A DNA stretch of 64,000 nucleotides, from positions 6,129 through 70,128 of the forward strand of contig JAZJYS010000003.1 in assembly GCA_040390265.1 (NCBI GenBank). The letters run 5' to 3'. Source of the DNA: Pseudomonadota bacterium. Its GTDB lineage: Bacteria > Pseudomonadota > Gammaproteobacteria > Burkholderiales > Methylophilaceae. Of this stretch, positions 1 through 11,608 are shown in pieces. Position 1 is the first letter of the stretch, and each line of letters begins with the position of its first letter. The translations under genes were made by a program, and so were the position numbers. Under the pieces are notes generated by a model. It worked only from the letters and a program-made list of their open reading frames with translations. It was not told the origin of the DNA and did no database searches.

Positions 1-816
1 CATAAGCCAGAAGGTGAAATCGTCAGTCAGGATGACCCTGAAGGCCGTGCTAGCGTATTTGATAAATTACCTAAAGTGAAGCATGGTAAGTGGATTGCCA
101 TTGGTCGTTTGGACATGAATACCAGTGGTTTGCTGATATTTACAACGTCAGGTGATTTGGCTAACCGCTTTATGCATCCGCGCTATGAAGTGGAGCGTGA
201 GTATGCAGTGCGTATTTTCGGTGAGTTGACCGAAGGCCAAATGACGCAGTTAAAAGAAGGTATCGAACTGGAAGATGGCCCAGCTAACTTTGATAGCATC
301 ACTGCACAAGGTGGCGAGGGTTCTAACCATTGGTATCAGGTTATTTTGCGCGAAGGCCGTAATCGTGAAGTGCGACGTTTATTTGAAGCCTTTCAGTTGC
401 AAGTAAGCCGCTTGATGCGTGTGCGCTTTGGGCCGGTGAATTTACCGCCACGAGTGAAGCGCGGTCAAATGCTCAAGCTGGAACAAAAAGAAGTGGTAGG
501 TTTGTTGGAATGGGCTGAATTAGCTGTGCCAAATGCACCGCTCAAGCAACTCTCTCAACGTGAAAAAGATAAATCTACTACAGTATTTACACCGAAAGTG
601 CGTAAGCAGCGCGTGAGTGCATTAGATAGGCCGTCACGTGATGCGGCAACTGAGGGTGAAGCTAGGCCATATCGTGGTAAAACGGATGCTGCACGAAATT
701 CTCTTGCTAAAAAGCCAGCTCCAAGAAAACCAGCGAATCGTCGCGTTAGACAGACTAGCGATTTAAGTGCGCCGCAAATGCAGAAGAAAAGTGATCGGAA
801 TAGAGGTCGCGGGTAA
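1..816 (+). CDS. rluB: 23S rRNA pseudouridine synthase RluB (5'-truncated by window edge)
   Basis: Frame is open from base 1 ([16 protein letters not shown]...). It has the catalytic GRLD motif, [22 protein letters not shown] and a basic C-terminal tail. Confidence 0.9.
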   Translation, partial: HKPEGEIVSQDDPEGRASVFDKLPKVKHGKWIAIGRLDMNTSGLLIFTTSGDLANRFMHPRYEVEREYAVRIFGELTEGQMTQLKEGIELEDGPANFDSITAQGGEGSNHWYQVILREGRNREVRRLFEAFQLQVSRLMRVRFGPVNLPPRVKRGQMLKLEQKEVVGLLEWAELAVPNAPLKQLSQREKDKSTTVFTPKVRKQRVSALDRPSRDAATEGEARPYRGKTDAARNSLAKKPAPRKPANRRVRQTSDLSAPQMQKKSDRNRGRG

Positions 817-837
817 TTAAGTTCTAGCGTAATTGAG

Positions 838-886
838 TTTAGTAAACCCTAGTTAATTCGTGATTATTAAATAGGGTTTAACTAAA
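838..886. terminator. Imperfect hairpin between convergent rluB and cytochrome c, probable bidirectional terminator
   Basis: TTTAGT-AAACCCTA...TAGGGTTT-A-ACTAAA inverted repeat between two stop codons. Confidence 0.5.
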
Positions 887-907
887 ATTTAGGTTCAGCA
901 CTGTAAT

Positions 908-1234
908 TTAAAGCGATAGCACCCAAGAAACAATCGTTTTAATATCTTCTGGTTTAACTTGTCCGGCCATTGCAGGCATAGGCATCGTACCCCAAACGCC
1001 ACCACCGCCTTTGAGCATTTTCTCGTTCAATTTGGCTTCAGCAGATTTATCACCTTTATATTTATCCGCTACATCTTTATAGGATGGGCCTATGATTTTA
1101 TTTGCTTTGCCGTGACAAGCTAAGCAGCCGCTCTTTTGCGCCAAAGCTTCGGCTGCTTTTGCGTCAAGTGCATTGGCATTGCCTGTAAGCACTAAGGCGC
1201 ATAGTGTTGCGACTGACATGATTAGTGTTTTCAT
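908..1234 (-). CDS. Periplasmic class I cytochrome c (c551/c552-like)
   Basis: Signal peptide (ANA cleavage), CLACH haem motif, GPSYKDVA, and distal Met in WGTMPMP. Confidence 0.92.
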   Translation of the reverse strand: MKTLIMSVATLCALVLTGNANALDAKAAEALAQKSGCLACHGKANKIIGPSYKDVADKYKGDKSAEAKLNEKMLKGGGGVWGTMPMPAMAGQVKPEDIKTIVSWVLSL

Positions 1235-1267
1235 ATTAACCCTCCCCAGGATTTAATTTTTATTGGA

Positions 1268-2431
1268 TTATTGTTTACTCAGCCGCCATAGTGAAGTCAC
1301 CTCAGCTTTGCGAGCTGGATGTAGCGGGTCTGTCACGTCAAAGGTTTTATTATGTGAGGCTTTGGTATCCGTTCTATCAATCACTTTTAAGCCTGCTGCG
1401 GCTATCCAGCCTAGCAGTTCATCGCGGGTTCTTAAGCCTAGGTGTTCTGCAAAGTCAGACAATACCAGCCAGCCTTCACCAGCATCGTTTAAATGCGCAC
1501 CTAACCCATTTAAAAAGCCCTTGAGCATTTTGCTGCCATCATCATAAATTGCCGATTCAAGAGCTGAGCTAGGGCGCGCTGGTAACCATGGTGGATTACA
1601 TACAATGAGATCAGCCTTGCCATATTGAGCATCTGGAAACAGATTGGCATCAAGCAGTGTTACTGCGTTCTTTAGGCCAAGTTGCGTAATGTTTTTTTGC
1701 GCACAATCTAAAGCACGTGGTGAGTTGTCTGTGGCGATTACTTTTGACACGCCACGGTTGGATAGGATGGCAGCTAATACGCCTGTACCTGTACCAATAT
1801 CAAAGGCCAGCGTACATGGTTTTGGTAATGGTGCTTTATCAACTAACTCTAAATACTCGCCGCGAATTGGTGAAAACACACCGTAGCTTGGGTGAATTTT
1901 ATTGTTGATGACGTTGATTTCTACGCCATTTTTGCTCCATTCGTAAGCGCCTACTAAGCCTAAAATCTCGCGTAATGACACAACAAATGATTGAGTGCTT
2001 TTACCATAAGCATGTTCGCAAGCGGCCTTTATATCTGGCGCGCGGCGTAAATTGATGTGATAGCCAACACTAACTTCAATAATCAGCATGCCTAGAATGC
2101 GTGCTTTTTGGGATTGCGCTTGACGATGTAAATGGAATGCCTCGGTAATGCTAGCGGGGGCTTTTTTAGGCTTTTTATGTGGGCGGTCAATTCTGCGTGA
2201 GAGTGCTTGCATTAATTGTTTAGCGTTTTGGAAATCACCACGCCAGAGCAGGGCAGTGCCTTCGCAGCATAGCTTATAGGCCGCGTCTGCGTTGAGCGTG
2301 TCATCCGCAATTTGGATGCGCTTTGGTGCTGGTGCGTCATTTTCAGAGTGCCAAACGCTAGTTTTTGTTTTACCAGCTTCTGTCCAGCTAATGGTTTCGG
2401 GTTGGGTGGTGTTCCCAGTAGTATTGTTCAA
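1268..2431 (-). CDS. Class I SAM-dependent methyltransferase (methyltransferase-small/HemK-like)
   Basis: GVFSP, DIGTGTG (motif I) and CNPPW (motif IV); TTG start. Confidence 0.85.
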   Translation of the reverse strand: MNNTTGNTTQPETISWTEAGKTKTSVWHSENDAPAPKRIQIADDTLNADAAYKLCCEGTALLWRGDFQNAKQLMQALSRRIDRPHKKPKKAPASITEAFHLHRQAQSQKARILGMLIIEVSVGYHINLRRAPDIKAACEHAYGKSTQSFVVSLREILGLVGAYEWSKNGVEINVINNKIHPSYGVFSPIRGEYLELVDKAPLPKPCTLAFDIGTGTGVLAAILSNRGVSKVIATDNSPRALDCAQKNITQLGLKNAVTLLDANLFPDAQYGKADLIVCNPPWLPARPSSALESAIYDDGSKMLKGFLNGLGAHLNDAGEGWLVLSDFAEHLGLRTRDELLGWIAAAGLKVIDRTDTKASHNKTFDVTDPLHPARKAEVTSLWRLSKQ

Positions 2432-2440
2432 TGTATGCGC

Positions 2441-3352
2441 CTATAGAAGCTGTGATTTGGTGAGTAAGAATACAAATTGGTTGCCTGAAGAAACTTCCAG
2501 CCAAGTAAATGCGATACCTGGGTAGGCATCAAGCAATGCATCGCGATTGTGACCAATTTCAACGATAAGTATGCCACCATCGTTGAGGTAATTGGCAGCT
2601 TCACGCAGAATGGTATGTGTGTGCTCTAGACCGTCTGTGCCACTGCCTAATGCTAGTTGTGGTTCGTTGCGATATTCTGCTGGCAATGCGTCCATCGATG
2701 GCGCATCCACATAAGGTGGGTTGCTAATGATTAAATTGTATTTTTTGCCAGCCAGTGCGCCGAACATGTCAGATTTAATTGCGGTGATTTGTGATTCTAA
2801 GCCGTAGTTTTGAATGTTGATATTGGCAACATCAATCGCGTCTTGTGAAATATCAATCACATCAATGGCTGCATTCGGGAAACTATTAGCCAGTAATACG
2901 CCTAAGCAGCCACTACCAGTGCAAATGTCAGCCGCGCTTTCAACCATTTCTGGGAATTCAATCCAAGGGCTTAAATCATTGCTGAGTAGTTCGGCAATAA
3001 ATGAGCGCGGTATAAGTACGCGTTCGTCTACGTAAAATTTAAAGCCTTGCAACCAAGCTTCTTTGAGCAAATATGCGGTTGGTGTGTGTTGTGTGATGCG
3101 TTGTTCAGTCAGGCTGGCTAATTTGATGCGTTCAGTCTTTAAGATGCGTGCATCTAAGAAGTTGTTGAGTGTTTCATGTGGCAAATGTAACGCGCTCATG
3201 ATGAGCCATACAGCTTCATCGTATGAGTTGTCCGTGCCGTGACCGTAAAAAATATCCGAAGCTTCGAATTGGCTTACGGTGTAGCGTAGCCAGTCGCGGA
3301 TGGTAAATAGTTCATCAATCGCTGTTGGATTAATGGCGTTAGGATTGGTCAT
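2441..3352 (-). CDS. prmB: 50S ribosomal protein L3 N5-glutamine methyltransferase
   Basis: YGHGTDN, FYVDERVLIPRSFIAEL, DICTGSGC and SNPPY motifs. Confidence 0.95.
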   Translation of the reverse strand: MTNPNAINPTAIDELFTIRDWLRYTVSQFEASDIFYGHGTDNSYDEAVWLIMSALHLPHETLNNFLDARILKTERIKLASLTEQRITQHTPTAYLLKEAWLQGFKFYVDERVLIPRSFIAELLSNDLSPWIEFPEMVESAADICTGSGCLGVLLANSFPNAAIDVIDISQDAIDVANINIQNYGLESQITAIKSDMFGALAGKKYNLIISNPPYVDAPSMDALPAEYRNEPQLALGSGTDGLEHTHTILREAANYLNDGGILIVEIGHNRDALLDAYPGIAFTWLEVSSGNQFVFLLTKSQLL

Positions 3353-3390
3353 TACGTTCGTTTCTCTAAGTTAGTGTGTTGCGTCAATTT

Positions 3391-4521
<1,131 letters not shown>

Positions 4522-4593
4522 TTAACCGTCGATAACCAAAAAGTGGCATCTAAGAACGATGCCGATGAGTGCCGCATAAATCCGGAATGGAAT

Positions 4594-4971
4594 TTATGCA
4601 TTAGTTACAGGGGCGAAAATTTTTGCGTATTCAGTTTCAGAAAAACCTAAAGCGATGATTTGCTGGCCTTGCTCTTGATTTCGCACCAGTAGCGGGCGCT
4701 TAATCACAGAGGTTTTAGTCTGCATGAGCGCATTGGCTGAGGCATTATCTGTGATGGCTGCTTTTGCTTCATCACTCAAGCCGCGCCATGTTAATCCAGC
4801 GCGGTTGATGAGTTTTTCCCAAGGTTGTTGCGCTAGCCACAGATTAAGTGTGGCTTCATCAACGCCTAGTTTTTTAAAGTCATGAAAGGTGTAAGCAACA
4901 CCGTGCTCATCCAGCCAAGTACGGGCTTTTTTGACGGTGTTGCAATTAGGAATGCCGTAAACTGTGAGCAT
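4594..4971 (-). CDS. ArsC/Spx/YffB-family protein
   Basis: YGIPNCNTVKKAR and IKRP motifs; typical position between dapD and dapE. Confidence 0.88.
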   Translation of the reverse strand: MLTVYGIPNCNTVKKARTWLDEHGVAYTFHDFKKLGVDEATLNLWLAQQPWEKLINRAGLTWRGLSDEAKAAITDNASANALMQTKTSVIKRPLLVRNQEQGQQIIALGFSETEYAKIFAPVTNA

Positions 4972-4980
4972 TAGCGTGGA

Positions 4981-5808
4981 TTAAATGCCGCGTAATAACT
5001 CGTTGATGCCGACTTTGCCTAGTGTCTTTTCATCTACTTTCTTTACGATGACCGCACAGTAAAGGCTGTAGCTACCATCTTTAGAAGGCAAGTTTCCTGA
5101 AACTACTACAGAGCCAGCAGGTACGCGACCATAGCTGAATGTACCTGTTTCGCGATCGTAAATTTTAGTTGATTGACCAATGTAAACGCCCATTGAGATT
5201 ACGCAGTTATCTTCAACAATCACGCCTTCAACCACTTCAGAACGTGCGCCGATAAAGCAGTTGTCACCAATGATGGTAGGGCCGGCTTGTACTGGTTCTA
5301 ATACGCCACCAATACCAACGCCACCTGATAAATGTACGTTTTTACCGATTTGTGCGCATGAACCTACAGTTGCCCATGTGTCGACCATGGTGCCTTCACC
5401 AACATAAGCGCCAATGTTCACATAAGATGGCATCAATACTGCATTTTTACCGATGAATGAACCACGGCGAACGATTGCATTTGGTACTACACGGAAGCCA
5501 CCAGCTTTGAAGTCTTCTTCAGTGTAATCTGCAAATTTTGGCGGCACTTTGTCGAAGTATTTTGTGCAACCACCATCTAACAAAACATTATCTTCTAGTC
5601 TGAAAGACAACAAAACTGCCTTTTTCAACCATTGGTGTGTTTCCCAGTCTTGCGTAGTGCCGATACGTGATGCAACACGTAATTTACCTGAATCAAGATC
5701 AGCCATGACGCTGGCAACCGCTTCTTTAATTTCAGTGCTAGCATTTGCTGGGTTGATATTAGCGCGGTCTTCAAATGCGCCTTCGATAATGTTTTGTAAT
5801 TGACTCAT
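4981..5808 (-). CDS. dapD: Tetrahydrodipicolinate N-succinyltransferase
   Basis: [15 protein letters not shown], hexapeptide repeats and [30 protein letters not shown]. Confidence 0.97.
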   Translation of the reverse strand: MSQLQNIIEGAFEDRANINPANASTEIKEAVASVMADLDSGKLRVASRIGTTQDWETHQWLKKAVLLSFRLEDNVLLDGGCTKYFDKVPPKFADYTEEDFKAGGFRVVPNAIVRRGSFIGKNAVLMPSYVNIGAYVGEGTMVDTWATVGSCAQIGKNVHLSGGVGIGGVLEPVQAGPTIIGDNCFIGARSEVVEGVIVEDNCVISMGVYIGQSTKIYDRETGTFSYGRVPAGSVVVSGNLPSKDGSYSLYCAVIVKKVDEKTLGKVGINELLRGI

Positions 5809-5820
5809 AATATTCCAAAT

Positions 5821-5856
5821 AAAAAAGGGTAAAAAGCAATAGCGCTATTTTACCCT
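5821..5856 (-). terminator. Intrinsic terminator after the M48 peptidase gene, overlapping the putative dapD -10 element
   Basis: Minus strand reads AGGGTAAAA-TAGCGCTATTGCT-TTTTACCCT followed by TTTTTATTT. Confidence 0.55.
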
Positions 5857-5948
5857 AAACTTGCCTAGATTCAGAACGCACAATTAATTGCGCTTGAATG
5901 TTAGCCTGTACTTATATTTTATGAATAATTGTTAATAGTGATGAGTGG

Positions 5949-6782
5949 TTATTTTTTGGCTTTACTTTTTGCGGCCTCATAAAGAGGGCGGACTTTCGGC
6001 ACAAGTGCACGTAACTCTGTAATCCGACTTTCATTAGAAGGGTGAGTGCTTAAAAATTCTGGTGGTTTAGAACCGCCTTGTGCACTCATTTTTTGCCATA
6101 GTGTAATGGCAGCCTCAGGATTAAAGCCTGCTCTGGCAGAGAGTTCCAAGCCGATTTTATCAGCCTCGCGTTCTTGCTCTCGACTGTTAGGTAGGGCAAA
6201 AAACAAAGTGGTGCCCATTGCGGCGGCCTGCATGCCAGCATTAGCCATTGTTGTATTTTTAGATGTACTTAAATAAGCGGCAACGCCAGCTAAACCGATT
6301 TGTTGAACGAGTGCAGATGACATGCGTTCGCGACCATGTTCGCGCAATGCGTGGGCAATTTCATGGCCGATAACTGCGCCTAACTCATCGTCAGTAGCAT
6401 TTAGTTTATCAATTAAACCGGTAAAGACCATAATCTTTCCGCCCGGCATGCAGTAGGCGTTTACTTGATCATTTTTATCAACGTTTACTTCCCATTTCCA
6501 TTGGCTGGCATCAGGCCTAAAAACACTGACTTGAGCAATCAGCCTGTTGGAAATACCACGTACACGTTCAAGCTGTGTCGTGTTGGTATTGAGTGTTTTT
6601 TTCTGCTCGGATTCTTTCAGTGTTTGCAGGTAAGATGCGCTGGACATACTGACAATTTGAGAACTTGGGAGCAGTAGTAGTTGTGTGCGCTTTACGCCAG
6701 AAACGCTGTCCTGTGTAGTAGTGGCACAACCGCTAATGTGCAATATGATTGCTGTGAGTAATAGTGCGTAATATTTTCTCAT
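5949..6782 (-). CDS. M48-family zinc metallopeptidase, lipoprotein
   Basis: Lipobox ISGC, NAYCMPGG, HEIAH zinc motif, EREAD and FLSTHP. Confidence 0.9.
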   Translation of the reverse strand: MRKYYALLLTAIILHISGCATTTQDSVSGVKRTQLLLLPSSQIVSMSSASYLQTLKESEQKKTLNTNTTQLERVRGISNRLIAQVSVFRPDASQWKWEVNVDKNDQVNAYCMPGGKIMVFTGLIDKLNATDDELGAVIGHEIAHALREHGRERMSSALVQQIGLAGVAAYLSTSKNTTMANAGMQAAAMGTTLFFALPNSREQEREADKIGLELSARAGFNPEAAITLWQKMSAQGGSKPPEFLSTHPSNESRITELRALVPKVRPLYEAAKSKAKK

Positions 6783-6821
6783 CTCTAAACTCTTGATACT
6801 GACTTGTCTAAATTGAAAAGG

Positions 6822-8705
6822 TTAGAAAGAGACTTGTGAGCCAAGTTCAACCACTCGATTTGGCGGTAGCTTAAATTGGTTGGTAACGGTCTCAGCTGAT
6901 CGGAATAAGCCAATAAATATCTTCTTACGCCATAAAGCCATGTCATCTTTTTCATTCGCAATCAAAATTTCTTTGCCAATGAAGAATGAAGTGTCCATTG
7001 GATCTAAAGCCAAGCCTTGGTTAGCGCAAAGTAGCAGGTCGCGAGGTAAATCTGGCTCATCTTTGAAGCCGTAACGTACAGTCACTTTGTAAAAATTATG
7101 CGGTAACACTTCTACTTCAACACGCTCATCTAAGCTTGTACGTGGATAATCTAGAAATTTAACGGACAGTATGACCACTTTTTCATGCAGCACTTTGTTA
7201 TGTTTCAGGTTATGTAACATTGCATGCGGTACGCCTTCCAGATTGGGCGTCATGAATAAAGCTGTGCCAGGGACTCTTGCTGGAGGATGTGCGCCAATGG
7301 CCTCAATAAATGGATCAAGCGCCATTGATTCGTTCTTAATGAGCATATAAAGCAGCGTACGGCCAGTTTTCCAGGTAAGCATCAGTGTGAAAACGACGAT
7401 ACCAATAGCTAATGGCACCCAGCCACCATCAGGAATTTTTAGTACGTTGGCGCTGAAGAATGCGATATCAATGCTTAAGAATAAGCCAATCAGGGCGCCA
7501 GTGCGGAGTTTGCTCCATCCCCAAAGGTTGTGAAATACGATGCCTGCTAGTAAAGAAGTAATTACCATGTCGCCAGTTACTGCAATTCCATAGGCTGCGG
7601 CTAATTTTCCTGATGACTTGAAGCTCAATACTAGCGCCATGACTGCGAGCATCAGTCCCCAGTTGACGCGTGGCATATATACCTGGCCTTCCTGACTTTC
7701 TGAAGTGTGCTCAACATGCATGCGTGGAATGTAGCCTAGTTGCAACGCTTGGCGTGATACTGAGAATGCGCCTGTAATCACTGCTTGCGATGCAATCACC
7801 GCAGCAAGTGTGGCTAACATAATGAGCGGAAATAGCATCCATTCTGGGGCTAAAAGATAGAATGGGTTTTTAATGGCTTCGGGGTTTCTTAATATCAACG
7901 CGCCTTGACCGAAATAGTTGAGGATTAACGCAGGCAATACAAAACCAAACCATGCTAAGCGGATAGGAAACTTCCCAAAATGCCCCATATCTGCATATAG
8001 CGCTTCAGCACCTGTGACTGCTAGCACTACGGCGCCGAGGGCTACAAATGCTATCCATGGGCTGATTGCAAAAAAATGGATGGCATAAATTGGGTTAAGG
8101 GCATGTAAGATTGCTGGGTTTTGTAGAATGCTTTGCATCCCCAACACCCCTAAAGTGCCGAACCAAAGCAACATGATTGGGCCAAAAAAAGCACCGACTA
8201 ATGCGGTGCCTTTGCTTTGTGCCCAAAATAGAATGAATAATACAACCAATGTAACTGGCAAAATGAGGGGGTGCAACATCGGTGCCGCTAACTCTAGGCC
8301 TTCAACCGCTGAAAGCACCGAAATGGCAGGGGTAATCATGCCATCTGCATAGAACATGCATGCGCCTAAAATACCTAGCAGCATAATCATGTGTTGTTTT
8401 TTTATGTCATTGGCGGCGTTGTGACTGGCCAACGCAAGCAAAGCCATAATGCCGCCTTCGCCACGGTTGTCTGCACGCATAATAAATGCAACATACTTGA
8501 CTGATACCACCATCACTAATGCCCAGACAATTAGCGATAATATGCCGTACATATTGGCTTCAGTCAGTGGTACAGGGTGTGTGCCTACTGAGAATACTTC
8601 TTTGATGGTATATAAGGGGCTGGTGCCGATGTCGCCGAATACAACGCCTAGTGCGGCGAGAGTAAGCGCGGAGAGCTTTGTTTTACTGCCAGTGGATGAT
8701 GACAT
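6822..8705 (-). CDS. kup: Potassium transporter Kup
   Basis: GVVFGDIGTSPLY, DNRGEGG, TGAEALYADMGHFG and 12-TM hydrophobic pattern. Confidence 0.96.
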   Translation of the reverse strand: MSSSTGSKTKLSALTLAALGVVFGDIGTSPLYTIKEVFSVGTHPVPLTEANMYGILSLIVWALVMVVSVKYVAFIMRADNRGEGGIMALLALASHNAANDIKKQHMIMLLGILGACMFYADGMITPAISVLSAVEGLELAAPMLHPLILPVTLVVLFILFWAQSKGTALVGAFFGPIMLLWFGTLGVLGMQSILQNPAILHALNPIYAIHFFAISPWIAFVALGAVVLAVTGAEALYADMGHFGKFPIRLAWFGFVLPALILNYFGQGALILRNPEAIKNPFYLLAPEWMLFPLIMLATLAAVIASQAVITGAFSVSRQALQLGYIPRMHVEHTSESQEGQVYMPRVNWGLMLAVMALVLSFKSSGKLAAAYGIAVTGDMVITSLLAGIVFHNLWGWSKLRTGALIGLFLSIDIAFFSANVLKIPDGGWVPLAIGIVVFTLMLTWKTGRTLLYMLIKNESMALDPFIEAIGAHPPARVPGTALFMTPNLEGVPHAMLHNLKHNKVLHEKVVILSVKFLDYPRTSLDERVEVEVLPHNFYKVTVRYGFKDEPDLPRDLLLCANQGLALDPMDTSFFIGKEILIANEKDDMALWRKKIFIGLFRSAETVTNQFKLPPNRVVELGSQVSF

Positions 8706-8823
8706 TAAAATTGATTGGTAATTTTGATAAGACGGCTATTATCAACTAACTTAAATATGAATCCAATAGATTTCTTTTGAAAGGTAAATTTGTAGAGCCT
8801 TAAAAATTTGACTCTAATTTTAA

Positions 8824-10056
8824 TTATAAAAGGCTGGTTTTGTTAATGGTAGCGTCTGCTGTGCCTGTATCAAAGGTTAAAGTGACCGAATCACCACGTT
8901 GTAATTGCAGACTTGAGTTAATGATGGCACCTGATTGGTTTTGCACAAAGGCGTAACCACGCGTCAGTACTGCTTGTGGATTTAAATGTTGCAGGTTTTG
9001 GCTAAGGCGCAGTAAATTCTGCTGTTTGGTGTGCAGTTGTTGCTGCATGCAACTGCTTAAACGATAGGATATTTGAGCGAGCTGAGATTTTTGTTGTTTC
9101 AGTTGTTGTAATGGCGAGACTAGTCTGCGCGCCAAATAATCTAAAGTTTGGGAGCGCTGACCTAAGTAATATTGCATATTTCTGGCGAGTTGCAGTTTGA
9201 GTTGATTCAGACTATTTAGCAAAGTTTCACGTGATGGTGTCGCTAGCTCAGCCGCAGCGGTTGGCGTTGCTGCACGCATATCAGCCACAAAGTCTGCAAT
9301 TGTGAAGTCGGTTTCATGACCTACACCACTGATGGTCGGTATCGAACATGCAGCGATAGCGCGCGCTACAATTTCTTCGTTAAACTGCCATAAATCTTCA
9401 ATACTGCCGCCACCGCGGCAGATGATGAGCACATCACACTCGGCACGCTTGCTGGCGGTATTGATGGCATTGGTAATTAAATCTGCCGCATCACGGCCTT
9501 GTACCGGCGTGGGGTAAATTACAATCGGAATGCTAGGCATGCGGCGTCTAAGCGTGGTGAGCACGTCTCTTAAAGCGGCAGCATCAGGTGAAGTCACAAT
9601 GCCAATTTTTTTAGTATGTAGCGGTAACGATTTTTTGAGAGAGGCGTCAAATAAGCCTTCTTGCTGTAGTTTGGCTTTAAGTTTCTCAAACGCTTCGAAT
9701 AGCGCCCCTAGACCTGCACGTTGTAAAAACTCAACCGTTAATTGAAAGTCACCACGTGCTTCATAGAGTGTTACCGTACTACGCGCTTCGACCTTGTCAC
9801 CTTCTTTCGGTGTCCAGTCTAAATAGCTATTACGACCTTTAAACATCACACAGCGAACTTGTGCGCCTGCGTCTTTGAGTGAAAAATACCAATGCCCACT
9901 GGCGGCGCGGGTCAGATTTGAGACCTCGCCCGATACCCAGAATAAAGGGAAGCTTTGCTCCAACACATTTCGTGCCAAACGATTCAGTTCGGTGACGGTC
10001 ATCACACGCTTATTTGCTGCGGATGAGGTGGTTAAATTTGTTGTTAGGTCTGCCAA
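8824..10056 (-). CDS. xseA: Exodeoxyribonuclease VII large subunit
   Basis: GEVSN...SGHWYFSLKD, RGGGSIEDLW, GVGHETDFTIADFVAD and ATPTAAAE. Confidence 0.96.
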   Translation of the reverse strand: MADLTTNLTTSSAANKRVMTVTELNRLARNVLEQSFPLFWVSGEVSNLTRAASGHWYFSLKDAGAQVRCVMFKGRNSYLDWTPKEGDKVEARSTVTLYEARGDFQLTVEFLQRAGLGALFEAFEKLKAKLQQEGLFDASLKKSLPLHTKKIGIVTSPDAAALRDVLTTLRRRMPSIPIVIYPTPVQGRDAADLITNAINTASKRAECDVLIICRGGGSIEDLWQFNEEIVARAIAACSIPTISGVGHETDFTIADFVADMRAATPTAAAELATPSRETLLNSLNQLKLQLARNMQYYLGQRSQTLDYLARRLVSPLQQLKQQKSQLAQISYRLSSCMQQQLHTKQQNLLRLSQNLQHLNPQAVLTRGYAFVQNQSGAIINSSLQLQRGDSVTLTFDTGTADATINKTSLL

Positions 10057-10110
10057 AGCTTGCTCAATCCGTTAAAATGATTTTTTTAAGATTATATCGT
10101 GGAGGGTCTC

Positions 10111-10605
10111 GTGCTAAACAAACTTCTTTCAGGTCGAACCGGGTATTTGCTCGGTTTTGTGGCGAGCTTCGGCTCAGTAGGTTTGGCATTGTGGATACAG
10201 ACGCGCTATCAATTGAATCCTTGCCCGCTGTGTATCTCGCAACGGATGGTACTAATGGGCTTGGGGTTGTTGTTTTTAGTCGCTGCGATTCAAAACCCTG
10301 CTCAGGTGGGGCGTAGAATTTACGCGGCACTGCATATGCTGACCGCATTGGGTGGTGCTGGTGTGGCAATTCGTCATTGGTGGTTACAGGCGCATCGCGA
10401 CACAATGGTTGCTGATTGCGGTGTTGGTTTTGACTATATGTTTGAAAACTTTCCACTCAAAAAAGCCCTGACACTGGTGTTTCGTGGCACTGGTGACTGC
10501 GCTGCGATTGACTGGACTTTTCTTGGACTCACTATACCGCAGATGGCGTTGATTGCATTTATAGGCTTTGCCGCTTATGCAGTTTATCTAGCTAAATTAA
10601 AGTAA
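10111..10605 (+). CDS. dsbB: Disulfide bond formation protein B
   Basis: PCPLCISQR, a second Cys pair (DCG...GDC) and four TM segments. GTG at 10111 follows a GGAGG SD; the track ORF starts at 10099. Confidence 0.92.
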   Translation: MLNKLLSGRTGYLLGFVASFGSVGLALWIQTRYQLNPCPLCISQRMVLMGLGLLFLVAAIQNPAQVGRRIYAALHMLTALGGAGVAIRHWWLQAHRDTMVADCGVGFDYMFENFPLKKALTLVFRGTGDCAAIDWTFLGLTIPQMALIAFIGFAAYAVYLAKLK

Positions 10606-10630
10606 AGTACTTATTCAGAGAAACTACTCA

Positions 10631-11518
10631 ATGTATAAAACATTAGACAACTTTGTCGGCAACACACCGTTAGTGAAGTTACAACGCTTAGGTGGCAATA
10701 CCAGTAATACGATTCTGCTTAAGCTGGAAGGCAATAACCCAGCCGGCTCTGTGAAAGACCGCCCGGCATATTCCATGATTATGCGTGCTGAAGCGCGTGG
10801 TGACATCAAGCCGGGTGATACCTTGATTGAGGCTACCAGTGGTAACACAGGCATCGCCTTGGCGATGGTCGCCGCGATGCGCGGTTATAAGATGATTTTG
10901 GTGATGCCGGAGAATCAAAGCGTAGAGCGCCGCCAAAGTATGAAAGCGTATGGTGCCGAGTTAGTGCTTACGCCCAAAGATGGCAGTATGGAGCTTGCGC
11001 GCGATGTTGCTATGAAGCTGCAAGTCGAAGGCGAGGGTATTGTGCTGGACCAGTTTGGTAATAGCGATAATCCGCTTGCACATTACGAAGGTACTGGCCC
11101 GGAAATTTGGCGAGACACGGAGGGCAAGGTGACACATTTTGTTTCAAGTATGGGCACTACGGGCACGATTATGGGCGTATCGCGCTACTTGAAAGAGCAA
11201 AATTCTGACATCAAAATTATTGGTGTGCAGCCCGAGGAGGGCAGTCAGATTCCAGGCATTCGCAAGTGGCCAGAAGAATATATGCCCAGCATTTATGAAG
11301 CCAAACGTGTTGATGAGCTGCGCTATGTTAACCAGAAAAATGCAGAAAACATCACAAGGCGCTTGGCGGCTGAAGAAGGTATCTTTGCAGGCATCTCAAG
11401 TGGCGGTGCGCTGTATACTGCCTTGCAGCTTTCTAAAGAATTAGAGAATGCAGTGATTGTGTCGATTGTGTGTGATCGAGGGGATCGCTATCTTTCTACA
11501 GGGGTTTTTCCAAGTTAA
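10631..11518 (+). CDS. cysM: Cysteine synthase B
   Basis: KLEGNNPAGSVKDRPA (PLP Lys), EATSGNTG, SMGTTGT, IPGIRKW and CDRGDRYLSTG. Confidence 0.95.
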   Translation: MYKTLDNFVGNTPLVKLQRLGGNTSNTILLKLEGNNPAGSVKDRPAYSMIMRAEARGDIKPGDTLIEATSGNTGIALAMVAAMRGYKMILVMPENQSVERRQSMKAYGAELVLTPKDGSMELARDVAMKLQVEGEGIVLDQFGNSDNPLAHYEGTGPEIWRDTEGKVTHFVSSMGTTGTIMGVSRYLKEQNSDIKIIGVQPEEGSQIPGIRKWPEEYMPSIYEAKRVDELRYVNQKNAENITRRLAAEEGIFAGISSGGALYTALQLSKELENAVIVSIVCDRGDRYLSTGVFPS

Positions 11519-11608
11519 TTCCATCTATAAATCAAGACTGACTTTGTTTGCTATAGCACGGACTAATGGCCAGCTTAATATTAGTATTGATTTGTAAAAG
11601 GGATCACC

